Positions 18,447 to 27,179 of a DNA stretch of 39,741 bases are shown here, piece by piece. The stretch comes from a virus. Its lineage: Duplodnaviria; Caudoviricetes. A program made the translations under genes and the position numbers. The stretch covers positions 1-39,741 of the IMG/VR virus record IMGVR_UViG_3300020045_018243. One strand, 5' to 3'. The notes under the pieces were generated by a model. That model saw only the letters and a program-made list of their open reading frames with translations. It did not search any database and was not told the DNA's origin. Numbering within the stretch: position 1 is the first letter of the stretch; the number at the start of each line of letters is the position of its first letter.

Positions 18447-21246
18447 GAACCTGAAAGACATTGACGGCGCAAACGTTCCCGCGCCCACTATGGATACTTT
18501 CGCCGCGACGCAGTTTGAAAACTTCGCGGACGATGCAGCTTTCGAAGCCGTCTTCGGTTCGCCGCCGCCGGACGGGTCCGTTTACTGGAACACCACAACG
18601 GAATTGCTTCGGGAATACAACGGCACAACGTGGCAATACGACAAAACCGCGTTCACGACAGTCACCGATAGCACCACGACTGGCGCGGATCAAGCGATCA
18701 CACCGACCAGCGCCGGGCAAATCATCCGATTCACCGAAGGCTCACTCGCGTCGATTAACAATATCGTGCCGACGCTGCAAAAGGTGATTTACCTGATCAA
18801 TGATCAGGCTCTGAATGGAATCACGCTCAAAAACGATGCGGGTGGAACTGCTGCGAATCGGATTCAGACAGGCAATGGGCAGGATTTTGTCCTAAAGACG
18901 AATCAGTTGATTGGCCTGGAATACGATAACACCCAGAGCCGCTGGCGCGTCCTGCATAAGCCTGTCACCGGCATTGAATCCTTCGCCAGTGACGCCGCGT
19001 TTGTCACTGCGCATGGCCCGGCAACGATTTCCGATCGGTATTGGAACACGACGGAACTGGTCGTACGTGAGCACAATGGAACCAGTTGGCAGAACAACAA
19101 GGTCCTTTTCAGCACCGAAAACAACTCCGCCGCGACCGGAGCGAACGCGGATGTAACGCCTGCGTTCGATCAAATCATCAAAGTCAGCAACGCATCGCTG
19201 ACTTCAATCAGGGGAATCATCCCCGCAATCCAAAAGTTTCTCATACTGGTCAACGGGACTGGTGCGACGGTCACTATCCGAAACGAAGAAGCCACCGCTA
19301 CCGCCGCGAACCGAATCATCACGGGGACTGGGGTTGATCTTTCGCTCGCGAACAGCGCCAGCCTTCTGCTGGCATATGATGCCGATTCAACCCGCTGGCG
19401 GGTTGTCGGCGGGAGCGGCGCATCATCCTCCGATCCAACCGATATCAACTATTTCACCGATCCAGGTTTTGAGAATACCGCGAACGGCGCGACGCCTTCC
19501 CAGGTCTCTCTTTATAACGACGGTGCCGCGGCGGTGCCGGTCGACGGCACGGGCGGTAGTGTAACCGGCGTGACCTTCCTCGCGAGCACAACAACCCCCA
19601 TCAGGGGGACAACAAGCGGGGAAATGAGCAAAGACGCTGCAAACCGCCAAGGCATGGGTGCATCGTTTGCTTTCACCATCGCCAACCCCGACAAGGGCGT
19701 AACAGCCGGTGTCAGTTGGGAAATGGTGACAAGCGTCAATTACGTTTCCGGTGACTTGGTCTTTTACATTTACGACGTGACTAACTCAGTGCTCATCACG
19801 CCGCGCGCAACGTCGCTGCCAAAACTCGACAGCTACGGGAAATTTTTCTCTGACTATGGCCTACAGACGGGCACTTCTTACCGCCTCATCCTGCATATCG
19901 CCACAACCAGCGCACTCGCTTGGACTGTGAAATTCGATACGATGGTGAACAGCACGGGGAGGAATGCGGTTGCAGCACAGACGCCTTCCAATGGTTGGGT
20001 GACAAACTGGGTTCCTACTGGCTCCTGGACTACAAACACAACCTATTCCGGTCGATATATCATCGAGGAAGACGGCTCAATTATGCGCGGTCGTGTCCTC
20101 GTATCGCTCACTGGAGCACCGACCGCAACGCCGCTGCTCATAAACTTGCCGACGAATTACCAAATGGATACCGACAAGGTTCTCAGCCTTACATCGAGAT
20201 CGCCATTGGGATATTTGAGCGCCATTGACACCGGCACTGACTCTTATCCAGGTTCTGTGGGATATTCGTCGGCAACTCAGTTGTCGTGCAACATTTTCAC
20301 AGCTGGCGGCACTTATGTTGATCATGACCCAGTAACGCAATCCGCTCCGTTCACCTTCGGCAATACCGATGCGGTGATGATCGACTTCTGTATCCCAATC
20401 GTCCCTCTGTCCACGGCTACGATTGCCGGACCCGGCTCCATCACCCAGTGGGCCTCAGACGACGGCTCATCGGACGTGCTCGGGCCGCAGGGCTCGCTGG
20501 TGCCGAACGTGGCTTTCTCAACTGGATCGACTACGCGGTCTTTCAGTTTTTCCATCCCGCAGGATCTTAGGCAGTTTGTCCGTTGCGAAATAAATTTCAG
20601 AGGGAACGGCTGGCTTTCTGCGTCGGATTTATGGCCACCGTTGAGCGGAAACAATGCAAACGCTAACAATCTATATGGAGTCAGTGGTCTCTGGTCATCA
20701 GCCACAGTCTTCCAAGTTTCGTTTGGCAATCGTGGATCATCAATCAACGCAAGCAACGTCGATAACGGGAATAGTAGTTGGGCAACGGAAAACGGTCTAG
20801 GCACCCGCTTCCGCGTGGGTCTCTCGATCGGTGGGGTGTTTATTGGCGTGAACATGGCCAATAGTTCGATGATGGGATTCGTTGCGCCGAGGAAAGGTCA
20901 GTATGCGCTGACGGTGACTGGTACTGGCTGGACTACAGTCAGAGCCGTCGGCATCTACTATCAAGACCAGGACGGCAATCATCGGCTGAAATTTAATATT
21001 GTGGGGACCGTTTCCTCTTCATCGAGGACTAACTTCACCGTCGCAATCACGGGCGTAGTCGCTAAAAACGTATCTAACTATTTGCAGGCGTGTTCCGGCT
21101 GGTCTAACGGCGTGGCAGCGTATGTCAATGGCTGCTACCTATCGCCGAACACAGATTCGATCACAATCGACCATGCATCGTCTACAACCACGGCGTACCG
21201 CTTGTCAGGCGACGTCGAACTCGAATCCAAACCATCTTGGGCATAA
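18430..21246 (+). CDS. Tail fibre / receptor-binding protein
   Basis: 938 aa, Thr/Gly/Ser-rich, internal domain duplication, last tail gene. Confidence 0.8.
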   Translation: MSTKTRNLKDIDGANVPAPTMDTFAATQFENFADDAAFEAVFGSPPPDGSVYWNTTTELLREYNGTTWQYDKTAFTTVTDSTTTGADQAITPTSAGQIIRFTEGSLASINNIVPTLQKVIYLINDQALNGITLKNDAGGTAANRIQTGNGQDFVLKTNQLIGLEYDNTQSRWRVLHKPVTGIESFASDAAFVTAHGPATISDRYWNTTELVVREHNGTSWQNNKVLFSTENNSAATGANADVTPAFDQIIKVSNASLTSIRGIIPAIQKFLILVNGTGATVTIRNEEATATAANRIITGTGVDLSLANSASLLLAYDADSTRWRVVGGSGASSSDPTDINYFTDPGFENTANGATPSQVSLYNDGAAAVPVDGTGGSVTGVTFLASTTTPIRGTTSGEMSKDAANRQGMGASFAFTIANPDKGVTAGVSWEMVTSVNYVSGDLVFYIYDVTNSVLITPRATSLPKLDSYGKFFSDYGLQTGTSYRLILHIATTSALAWTVKFDTMVNSTGRNAVAAQTPSNGWVTNWVPTGSWTTNTTYSGRYIIEEDGSIMRGRVLVSLTGAPTATPLLINLPTNYQMDTDKVLSLTSRSPLGYLSAIDTGTDSYPGSVGYSSATQLSCNIFTAGGTYVDHDPVTQSAPFTFGNTDAVMIDFCIPIVPLSTATIAGPGSITQWASDDGSSDVLGPQGSLVPNVAFSTGSTTRSFSFSIPQDLRQFVRCEINFRGNGWLSASDLWPPLSGNNANANNLYGVSGLWSSATVFQVSFGNRGSSINASNVDNGNSSWATENGLGTRFRVGLSIGGVFIGVNMANSSMMGFVAPRKGQYALTVTGTGWTTVRAVGIYYQDQDGNHRLKFNIVGTVSSSSRTNFTVAITGVVAKNVSNYLQACSGWSNGVAAYVNGCYLSPNTDSITIDHASSTTTAYRLSGDVELESKPSWA

Positions 21247-21255
21247 CCCCAACCC

Positions 21256-21288
21256 AAACCCCGGTCTAACCAACCGGGGTTTTTCTTT
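21256..21288 (+). terminator. Intrinsic terminator ending the tail operon
   Basis: Perfect aaaccccggt/accggggttt stem followed by a T-tract. Confidence 0.85.
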
Positions 21289-21302
21289 CGTCCCCAGCCA
21301 GC

Positions 21303-21331
21303 TTGACAAAAAAATGATCATCCCTCAGACT
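21303..21331 (+). promoter_or_regulatory. Putative sigma70 promoter for the cytochrome cluster
   Basis: TTGACA-17 nt-CAGACT just after the terminator. Confidence 0.5.
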
Positions 21332-21374
21332 TGACGAATTACACCCAATACATTTCAACTAAGAGAACCTTGAT

Positions 21375-22838
21375 ATGAAACGACTTGCCGTTGCGTTAGC
21401 CCTGATTGCGTTCGCATGTACGCCGCAGACCAAAACTATCGTGCAAGGCCCGGGTGAACCGCCTATTCCGGAACTGCCAAGTGAGAAACCCCCCGAGGTT
21501 CCACCAGGAAAACCGGGTTTTATCCGTTTCGACCAAACTGAAAAAGCTGCGACCGACGATAGCCTGTCCCTAAATGAAGACGACCAGGTCAACGCCCGCT
21601 ATCTCCTCGGTTGCAACTTTTTCAACCAGGGCGAAGACATGAAGAATTTCCAGGCCGGTATCAACAAGGGAATCAACATGATTTCCACCGAGCGTCTTAT
21701 TGCATCGGCTGTTCCGGTGGACAACACGGGTTGCGTTACCCGTTTCCAGCTGGACGATATCGGGATGACAAGAGAGGAATGGCAGCGGTTTGAGCGGGCG
21801 AATCCTCTGCCTTTCGTTTCCGACTCAGTGCGTGGCCGAACACTGCGGGCGCTGACTAAGACAAACCAGCCGATGGTATATGCTTCTTCGTTTTTCATGA
21901 CGGTGATGCAGGCTGACCAAATCACTATCAACAATGGGCTCTACTATGACCTGACGGAGCAGCCGCTAAATGACTTGGAATTCACCCAGAAGCTTGGCGT
22001 CAACCTTCAGGATGAATTCAACCGTGAGAGACCCGCTTGCGCGGGCGGGGGACGGTCTCAGATCGCTTTGGGCAAGCCAAGGCTCATTTGTCTATTTCAA
22101 TCGCGCGACGGGTTCCTACTCGTCACCTATGACGTTTCCTTGGCAGATAACGATTCGATTTCTGAAAATCCTTTTTTGCCTGAAATGGGAAAGATTCCTG
22201 GTCTTCTCACAAATAGAATTTTCGGTTTCGTCGCATCGGAATGGATCTTTTCCATGCCCAATGGCCTGATGACCGGCTATCGCCTGAGCAACGCGGGCGG
22301 TGCCGCTGAGGTGATCGCGCCGACAAACGTGGTTGTGGATATCGAGCAGTCGGGAAAACGTCTCCCGCCTGATATCACGCTGGGAGCGTGCTCAAACTGT
22401 CATCACCAGGAAGCGGCAATCTTTTTCCAGGACAGCGTTTTCGATATCGTGCGGTTAAACGGTGATTTCAATGAGACCGAGAAGAAGCTGGCTCAGACGT
22501 TCTATCGGGAGGACAGATTCCAGGCCAGGAGGAACGTGGCGAACCAGAACCACACGCGGGCGCTCCAGCAAATAGGAGTCAGCACGCTGACAGCTGACCC
22601 GGTTGTGGGGAACCTCATCCAGCCGCTGCGCGGAGAACTGACCGTGGAGGATATCGCTGGCTACCTTTGGCTTGAACCGGACGAATTCCTGGAACAGCTG
22701 AGCGGCACGAGCCAGTCGAAAGTGATATTCGGGAACCTGTTCGCGCCGGGCGGGGTTGTCGCTACTGCAGATTTTGTACGTGGCTTTGGCATTCTTCAGG
22801 ATGAATTGCTTCTTTTTCAGGACGTGGGCCAACTCTAG
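21375..22838 (+). CDS. Large lipoprotein with one c-type heme-binding motif
   Basis: Lipobox (ALIAFA-C), Pro-rich linker, EWIFSMPNGL...CSNCHH. Confidence 0.75.
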   Translation: MKRLAVALALIAFACTPQTKTIVQGPGEPPIPELPSEKPPEVPPGKPGFIRFDQTEKAATDDSLSLNEDDQVNARYLLGCNFFNQGEDMKNFQAGINKGINMISTERLIASAVPVDNTGCVTRFQLDDIGMTREEWQRFERANPLPFVSDSVRGRTLRALTKTNQPMVYASSFFMTVMQADQITINNGLYYDLTEQPLNDLEFTQKLGVNLQDEFNRERPACAGGGRSQIALGKPRLICLFQSRDGFLLVTYDVSLADNDSISENPFLPEMGKIPGLLTNRIFGFVASEWIFSMPNGLMTGYRLSNAGGAAEVIAPTNVVVDIEQSGKRLPPDITLGACSNCHHQEAAIFFQDSVFDIVRLNGDFNETEKKLAQTFYREDRFQARRNVANQNHTRALQQIGVSTLTADPVVGNLIQPLRGELTVEDIAGYLWLEPDEFLEQLSGTSQSKVIFGNLFAPGGVVATADFVRGFGILQDELLLFQDVGQL

Positions 22839-22852
22839 AAGGGATGTGCGAT

Positions 22853-23164
22853 ATGCGCTTTGTTTTCATCATGCTAGTGTCGCTGCTCGCTGCCTGCGGC
22901 GGGTTTGAGCAACAACAACCTCAGGCACCTGCGCCGGTACCAAGTCCGACGCCGACTCCCCCTGGAACCGGCGGGGGTTTTGCAGAGGTGTCATCGATCA
23001 TGAGCCAGTATTGTATCAGCTGCCATGCCGGTGCCGCGTTCACGAAGTCCGAAGCCAACTTTCGGGCTAGCTCAGCCAAGAGCCGGGTGCAGAACGCGAC
23101 CATGCCGCCGCCGTATTCCACGCAAATGGACGCCGCGAGCAAAGCGAAGTTTCTGAGTTTTTGA
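22853..23164 (+). CDS. Small monoheme cytochrome c lipoprotein
   Basis: Lipobox LLAA-C, Pro/Thr linker, CISCH and distal MPP (likely Met ligand). Confidence 0.8.
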   Translation: MRFVFIMLVSLLAACGGFEQQQPQAPAPVPSPTPTPPGTGGGFAEVSSIMSQYCISCHAGAAFTKSEANFRASSAKSRVQNATMPPPYSTQMDAASKAKFLSF

Positions 23165-23177
23165 GGGGAAGAAGAAG

Positions 23178-23411
23178 ATGGTGATGTACGACTATAACGA
23201 TTTCCAGGCTCGGCAAGCCGGACTTCGCCGCCGGGTGACTCTCGAATTCAGCGAAGTCATCGAGGGTGATTTGCTGTTTCATTTTCTCATCGAAGGCATT
23301 TGCATTGCTTCCATCCGTAAGGACAGCCTTGCGATCAAACAGCGCGAGTTTTTTTCTGCAATATCCACTCCGCAAGATACCAGAACCAGCCTACCGGCAA
23401 AGATTTCATAA
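23178..23411 (+). CDS. Hypothetical protein
   Basis: Purine-rich RBS; co-oriented with the cluster. Confidence 0.5.
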   Translation: MVMYDYNDFQARQAGLRRRVTLEFSEVIEGDLLFHFLIEGICIASIRKDSLAIKQREFFSAISTPQDTRTSLPAKIS

Positions 23412-23557
23412 GATTTCTCTCCTGAAGAGTGATTGAGGGGCAATTGGAGCAAGTTGAGTCAGGTGAAGAAATTCGCCTGACTCTTTCTTTTGGTTGTGTG
23501 CTAGTATTTAAGCATGCACACAAGAGATATGGGAAAAGAGGGGGGAGGCTTTCGGCA

Positions 23558-23794
23558 ATGGAAGTCGACAAGCTATTGACTGAAATCAAAGGCATGAATC
23601 CGATCAGCTTGTTTTTGCTGATCATCGGTTTTGCAATTGCAAAACTGCCTGCTTTTGTTCTGCAGAAGGACAAAAATGCTATAGAGGCTAGGGATGCTCT
23701 CATCAAAACGATGCAAGATCAGATTCTTAGTCTGCAGTCTGAAATCAAGGACCTAAAAAAAGAGATAGCGATGATGAAAGGTGAGGACGAATGA
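23558..23794 (+). CDS. Putative holin / membrane protein with coiled coil
   Basis: GGAGG RBS; one TM segment (PISLFLLIIGFAIA); ATGA-coupled to the endolysin. Confidence 0.5.
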   Translation: MEVDKLLTEIKGMNPISLFLLIIGFAIAKLPAFVLQKDKNAIEARDALIKTMQDQILSLQSEIKDLKKEIAMMKGEDE

Positions 23795-24168
23795 TAGACA
23801 AGCGTCTGACCGAATCATTCTATGCGAGTGAGTTTGCATCGCCCGATACGGACGAGTGTAAGATGCAAAGTGAATTCATGTATAAGCTGCAAAGGCTGAG
23901 GAACATTTGCGGCTGGCCATTCCGCATATCAAAGGGCGGTGGGTATCGGACCAGGGCTTATAACCAAAAGCTTGGCGGTGCTGATGACAGCTATCACCCC
24001 CAAGGCATGGCCGCCGATATTGATCATCAGGGATGGAACGGAATCCAGCGGCACCAGTTCATCACTGCAGCGACCGCATTGGGATTCTCAGTCGGCATTT
24101 ATGACAAACACTTTCACGTCGACAACAGACTTGAGCCTAGGGTTTTGTGGATTGCCAAATCAAAATGA
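23791..24168 (+). CDS. Endolysin, peptidase M15A family
   Basis: GGYR...SYHPQGMAADI...HFHVD zinc-peptidase motifs. Confidence 0.88.
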   Translation: MIDKRLTESFYASEFASPDTDECKMQSEFMYKLQRLRNICGWPFRISKGGGYRTRAYNQKLGGADDSYHPQGMAADIDHQGWNGIQRHQFITAATALGFSVGIYDKHFHVDNRLEPRVLWIAKSK

Positions 24169-24409
24169 AAATGAGAGGCCATAAAATGCCCAGCGCGCAC
24201 AAGAGACCTACAATAGATACGATAACCTTTTCGCCGATCGGCATATGCATATTGCACTCGTCGCAATATCTTTCAAACTGACCATCGGTTGTCATGGTGC
24301 ACCTGGCACATCGGTTCGGCGCAAAAACACAGACACCATCTTCAAGACGTTCCTGCCATTGCTTTCGTTTCTTGTCGTAAAAGATATCCGGTCTCGGTTG
24401 ATACTTCAC
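24137..24409 (-). CDS. Zinc-ribbon protein with C-terminal TM helix, antisense to the cluster
   Basis: GGAGAGG RBS before GTG 24409; CARC and CDEC; hydrophobic tail. Confidence 0.55.
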   Translation of the reverse strand: MKYQPRPDIFYDKKRKQWQERLEDGVCVFAPNRCARCTMTTDGQFERYCDECNMHMPIGEKVIVSIVGLLCALGILWPLIFILIWQSTKP

Positions 24410-24515
24410 TGCAACCTCTCCCGTTTCATCGAAAGCAGTATCTGACTCATGAGCCTTTCCCTCAGGCCCAGCCGCAAAAACTTCCAATTGAACCGAACTA
24501 CGTCCTTTTTTTCAC

Positions 24516-24544
24516 TGGCCATAACCCCGACTCCCAGCCATAAT
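24516..24544 (+). promoter_or_regulatory. Putative sigma70 promoter for yceI and the barrel gene
   Basis: TGGCCA-17 nt-CATAAT. Confidence 0.45.
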
Positions 24545-24581
24545 GTTTGGATTAACCCCGAAATTCAAAGGATTTAGACTC

Positions 24582-25079
24582 ATGTTAAAGCACGTGCTCA
24601 CTATGTTTACCATGCTTTTTTTGTTTCTTACCAATGCAGACATCGCGGTGTCAGCCAGCAAGTGCGAGTTTTTCGCGAAAGCCGACGTCGGGATTCTGGA
24701 ATTCACGGGGACAGGATGCACCATCACAGGGAAGCCAAAGGTGGATGGTGGAAAGGTTACCGGAGAGTTTACCGTGGACGTCGGAAGTCTTGATGCCGGT
24801 CTTCGGACAAAGCATATGCGTGAGAAATATCTGGAAACCGCGAAGTATCCCAAGGCCACGCTCAAACTTGACCCTATGCCTGAGGCTGGCGGGGACTTCA
24901 CTGGAAAGCTTACCCTTCACGGTGTTGAAAAGCCTATCAAGGGGAAGGCCGAGAAAACCGGCGGCGGCTGGTCTTTTAAATTTGACGTGAAGACTTCGGA
25001 ATTCGGGATCGCCAAGGCAGGATATGAGGGGATTGAAATTGCGGACACTATCGCTGTTTCTGGCACTATTGATCGCTGA
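24582..25079 (+). CDS. yceI: YceI-family lipid/polyisoprenoid-binding protein, exported
   Basis: Signal peptide; LDAGLRTKHMREKYLETAKYPKAT and GKLTLHGVEKPI signature; AAAGGA RBS before ATG 24582. Confidence 0.9.
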   Translation: MLKHVLTMFTMLFLFLTNADIAVSASKCEFFAKADVGILEFTGTGCTITGKPKVDGGKVTGEFTVDVGSLDAGLRTKHMREKYLETAKYPKATLKLDPMPEAGGDFTGKLTLHGVEKPIKGKAEKTGGGWSFKFDVKTSEFGIAKAGYEGIEIADTIAVSGTIDR

Positions 25080-26070
25080 GCTAGCTTTCTGCTATCCTCA
25101 GACAATCATGCATGGATACAAAACCTGCGTCTCCTGTCACGTCTCTACCGATGGTGGGGACGTTTTATCCGATTACGGGCGGGCCATGACTGAGCAATTC
25201 ATGGCCACGTTTGCAAACGAGGGAGAGGCGCGGGAATTCCTCGGACTTGGCAGCGCGAAAGCAATCGACCTAGGCCTTGACTATCGGAACCTGAGGATAC
25301 AAACCAATGGAAAATCTGATCAGTTCCCTATGTATTCGGTTGCTGCCATGGCTGTTAGATATCATGGCATTACTGCTTTTGGCAGCTATGGACTTTATGG
25401 GCGTGACCGACGACCTGAGACACGAGGATATTGGATAGGATACCACGGCAATGCTTCTCATAATCTGGATGCTAAGCTCGGTTATTTTATTCCCGTGGTT
25501 GGTTTGGCGAGCAATAACCACGATCTTGCAATCAAGAAAGTGAACGGTCTAGGCCGTGAGCAGGAGCGTTTTGTCAAGCAGGTCCAGTACCGGGGACCAT
25601 GGATCCAGGTCAAGTACATGATGGCGACAGAGGACCTGAAAGTCGAAGGGAAGAACGCCGACAACACGGTCTCGCAGACCGGTGAAAAACCGCCGGAATA
25701 CTATGTTGAGGCGCGGTTTAACGGGGTTGAGGGAATCGATTTCGGTCTGCATCGCCGGATAGTGGACGGGCTGGTCAATTTTGAGGGATTCTCTCTGCGC
25801 GCGGGCAGGCGCTGGTTTTATGTGCTGGCTGAGCGTGACCGCCAGCCGCTTACCGACCTGCGGACTGATTACGCCCGGCTCGGCGTCTTCCCCTTCCGGG
25901 GGTTCGACTTGTGGTTTGAGTATCAGGCTGTCACCGCACGCGGGACGCCGATTGAAACACGGTCCTACGGCTACTCATGGATGATAAGACCAAGGCTTGA
26001 ATTCGAAGGCTGGCTCAGCGTCGTGCAGGGCCAGCAAATTTTCATGACGAGTACCAAGCTATGGCTATGA
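25024..26070 (+). CDS. Putative outer-membrane beta-barrel with N-terminal c-type heme motif
   Basis: Signal peptide, YPxxIxHGYxxCVSCHVSxxGGxxLxxYGR, alternating amphipathic aromatic strands, C-terminal KLWL. Confidence 0.7.
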   Translation: MRGLKLRTLSLFLALLIAELAFCYPQTIMHGYKTCVSCHVSTDGGDVLSDYGRAMTEQFMATFANEGEAREFLGLGSAKAIDLGLDYRNLRIQTNGKSDQFPMYSVAAMAVRYHGITAFGSYGLYGRDRRPETRGYWIGYHGNASHNLDAKLGYFIPVVGLASNNHDLAIKKVNGLGREQERFVKQVQYRGPWIQVKYMMATEDLKVEGKNADNTVSQTGEKPPEYYVEARFNGVEGIDFGLHRRIVDGLVNFEGFSLRAGRRWFYVLAERDRQPLTDLRTDYARLGVFPFRGFDLWFEYQAVTARGTPIETRSYGYSWMIRPRLEFEGWLSVVQGQQIFMTSTKLWL

Positions 26071-26273
26071 CACAGATAGACAATGTCGAAAAGCTGAAAT
26101 TGGATTCAGAGTTTTCGCTGGTCGCATCGATGAATTTAGCGCAGCTTGAGCGGCTGAATGATGACTATGAAATGCTCAAATCCCGCATGGTGCGGGAAAT
26201 ACATGATATCGCCGACAAGCTGGAATTCCTCTATTCAGAATTGAGGACACGGCGGGCGCGGGGGACTGGCTGA
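26067..26273 (+). CDS. Small coiled-coil protein
   Basis: ATGA overlap with the barrel gene stop; heptad pattern. Confidence 0.55.
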   Translation: MTQIDNVEKLKLDSEFSLVASMNLAQLERLNDDYEMLKSRMVREIHDIADKLEFLYSELRTRRARGTG

Positions 26274-26468
26274 TTTTTTCTCTTGCATCAACTCCATTCC
26301 AATCGAAATGCAAGCCACTGCAAATGGCTGGACCGTTTCGAAATATTCTTCCTTACCACTCTTCATCAAATCCTTAACCTGCATGGCGATGATGACGTCA
26401 AGCTTGTGCTCAAACCCACGCTTCCTGATGAAGTCCATAACTTGGTCATAGTCGTTTGTATTCAGCAC
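26235..26468 (-). CDS. Hypothetical protein (start uncertain)
   Basis: Last ORF of the leftward operon; GTG overlaps the upstream stop. Confidence 0.45.
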   Translation of the reverse strand: MLNTNDYDQVMDFIRKRGFEHKLDVIIAMQVKDLMKSGKEEYFETVQPFAVACISIGMELMQEKKSASPPRPPCPQF

Positions 26469-26734
26469 CGCGCACACCTTTCCCCATTCTCTGCCAAACC
26501 CGATCCATGGCAGTTTTTGCACATGACCGGTTTCAGCGTGTTCAGATAAATTTCAATATCGTCTTTCCGGATCGCGAGCACTTCCAGCGGCATGCCTGAG
26601 CGGTGACTATCTGGAAATGTGTTCCGATGCACTCTCACGGTTTCAAGGATCCCTGTTTTCACAAGTTTCCGCAAAGTCCATTCGGGTATTTGGAGGTACT
26701 TCCATGCTTCGCGGATGGTGAGGTATTGGGTCAT
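26462..26734 (-). CDS. Excisionase/MerR-like HTH protein with DnaJ-type zinc finger
   Basis: YLTIREAWKYLQIPEWTLRKLVKTG HTH; CKNCHGSG...CARC. Confidence 0.7.
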   Translation of the reverse strand: MTQYLTIREAWKYLQIPEWTLRKLVKTGILETVRVHRNTFPDSHRSGMPLEVLAIRKDDIEIYLNTLKPVMCKNCHGSGLAENGERCARC

Positions 26735-26850
26735 GGTTCCCCCTCTTCCAGCGCCGCACGATCAGGATTATGAGAGACGGTAGCCCAATGGACCGCCGAT
26801 TGAAATAAAGCATGCAACTGCTCCTCAGTCACGATGTAGCGCTTGGTCAT
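26731..26850 (-). CDS. Small protein, 39 aa (MTKRYIVTEEQLHALF...), missing from the ORF track
   Basis: ATGA overlaps at both ends; fills the gap exactly. Confidence 0.55.
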   Translation of the reverse strand: MTKRYIVTEEQLHALFQSAVHWATVSHNPDRAALEEGEP

Positions 26851-27164
26851 TTCGGGATTCTCTCCATCGCCAGTCTCAAAATATCGTGCCTTGGCCAATG
26901 GATTGCCTCAACCGATCGTTTACGACATTCGTCTGATTCCTTGCCGCCATGAGCAACATATTCAGCAAGGTCAGAATTAAACTGATCCCTCGCGTTTGAT
27001 AAGCCATCGAGTGAACATGGATTCGCTTCCAAAATGCTCTTAAAAAAACGACAAACGAAAGTCTGGTGCGGCCAACAGGAATAAGACAAAGCCCGCACGT
27101 ATGCCCTTGATTTACTCTGTAAATGATCCAATTCTTCTTTTTTTATAATAGTATATCCAAACAT
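26847..27164 (-). CDS. Hypothetical protein
   Basis: GGAGG RBS; operon position. Confidence 0.6.
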   Translation of the reverse strand: MFGYTIIKKEELDHLQSKSRAYVRALSYSCWPHQTFVCRFFKSILEANPCSLDGLSNARDQFNSDLAEYVAHGGKESDECRKRSVEAIHWPRHDILRLAMERIPK

Positions 27165-27179
27165 TTGCTCACCACCTCC

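Noticed and set aside
26462-26530. CKNCH as a fourth heme-c motif
   Set aside because: It is part of CxxCxGxG...CxxC, a DnaJ-type zinc finger, in a cytoplasmic HTH protein with no signal peptide
26462-26734. Excisionase as evidence of an integration module
   Set aside because: No tyrosine or serine recombinase or att site was found; such HTH proteins are often plain regulators
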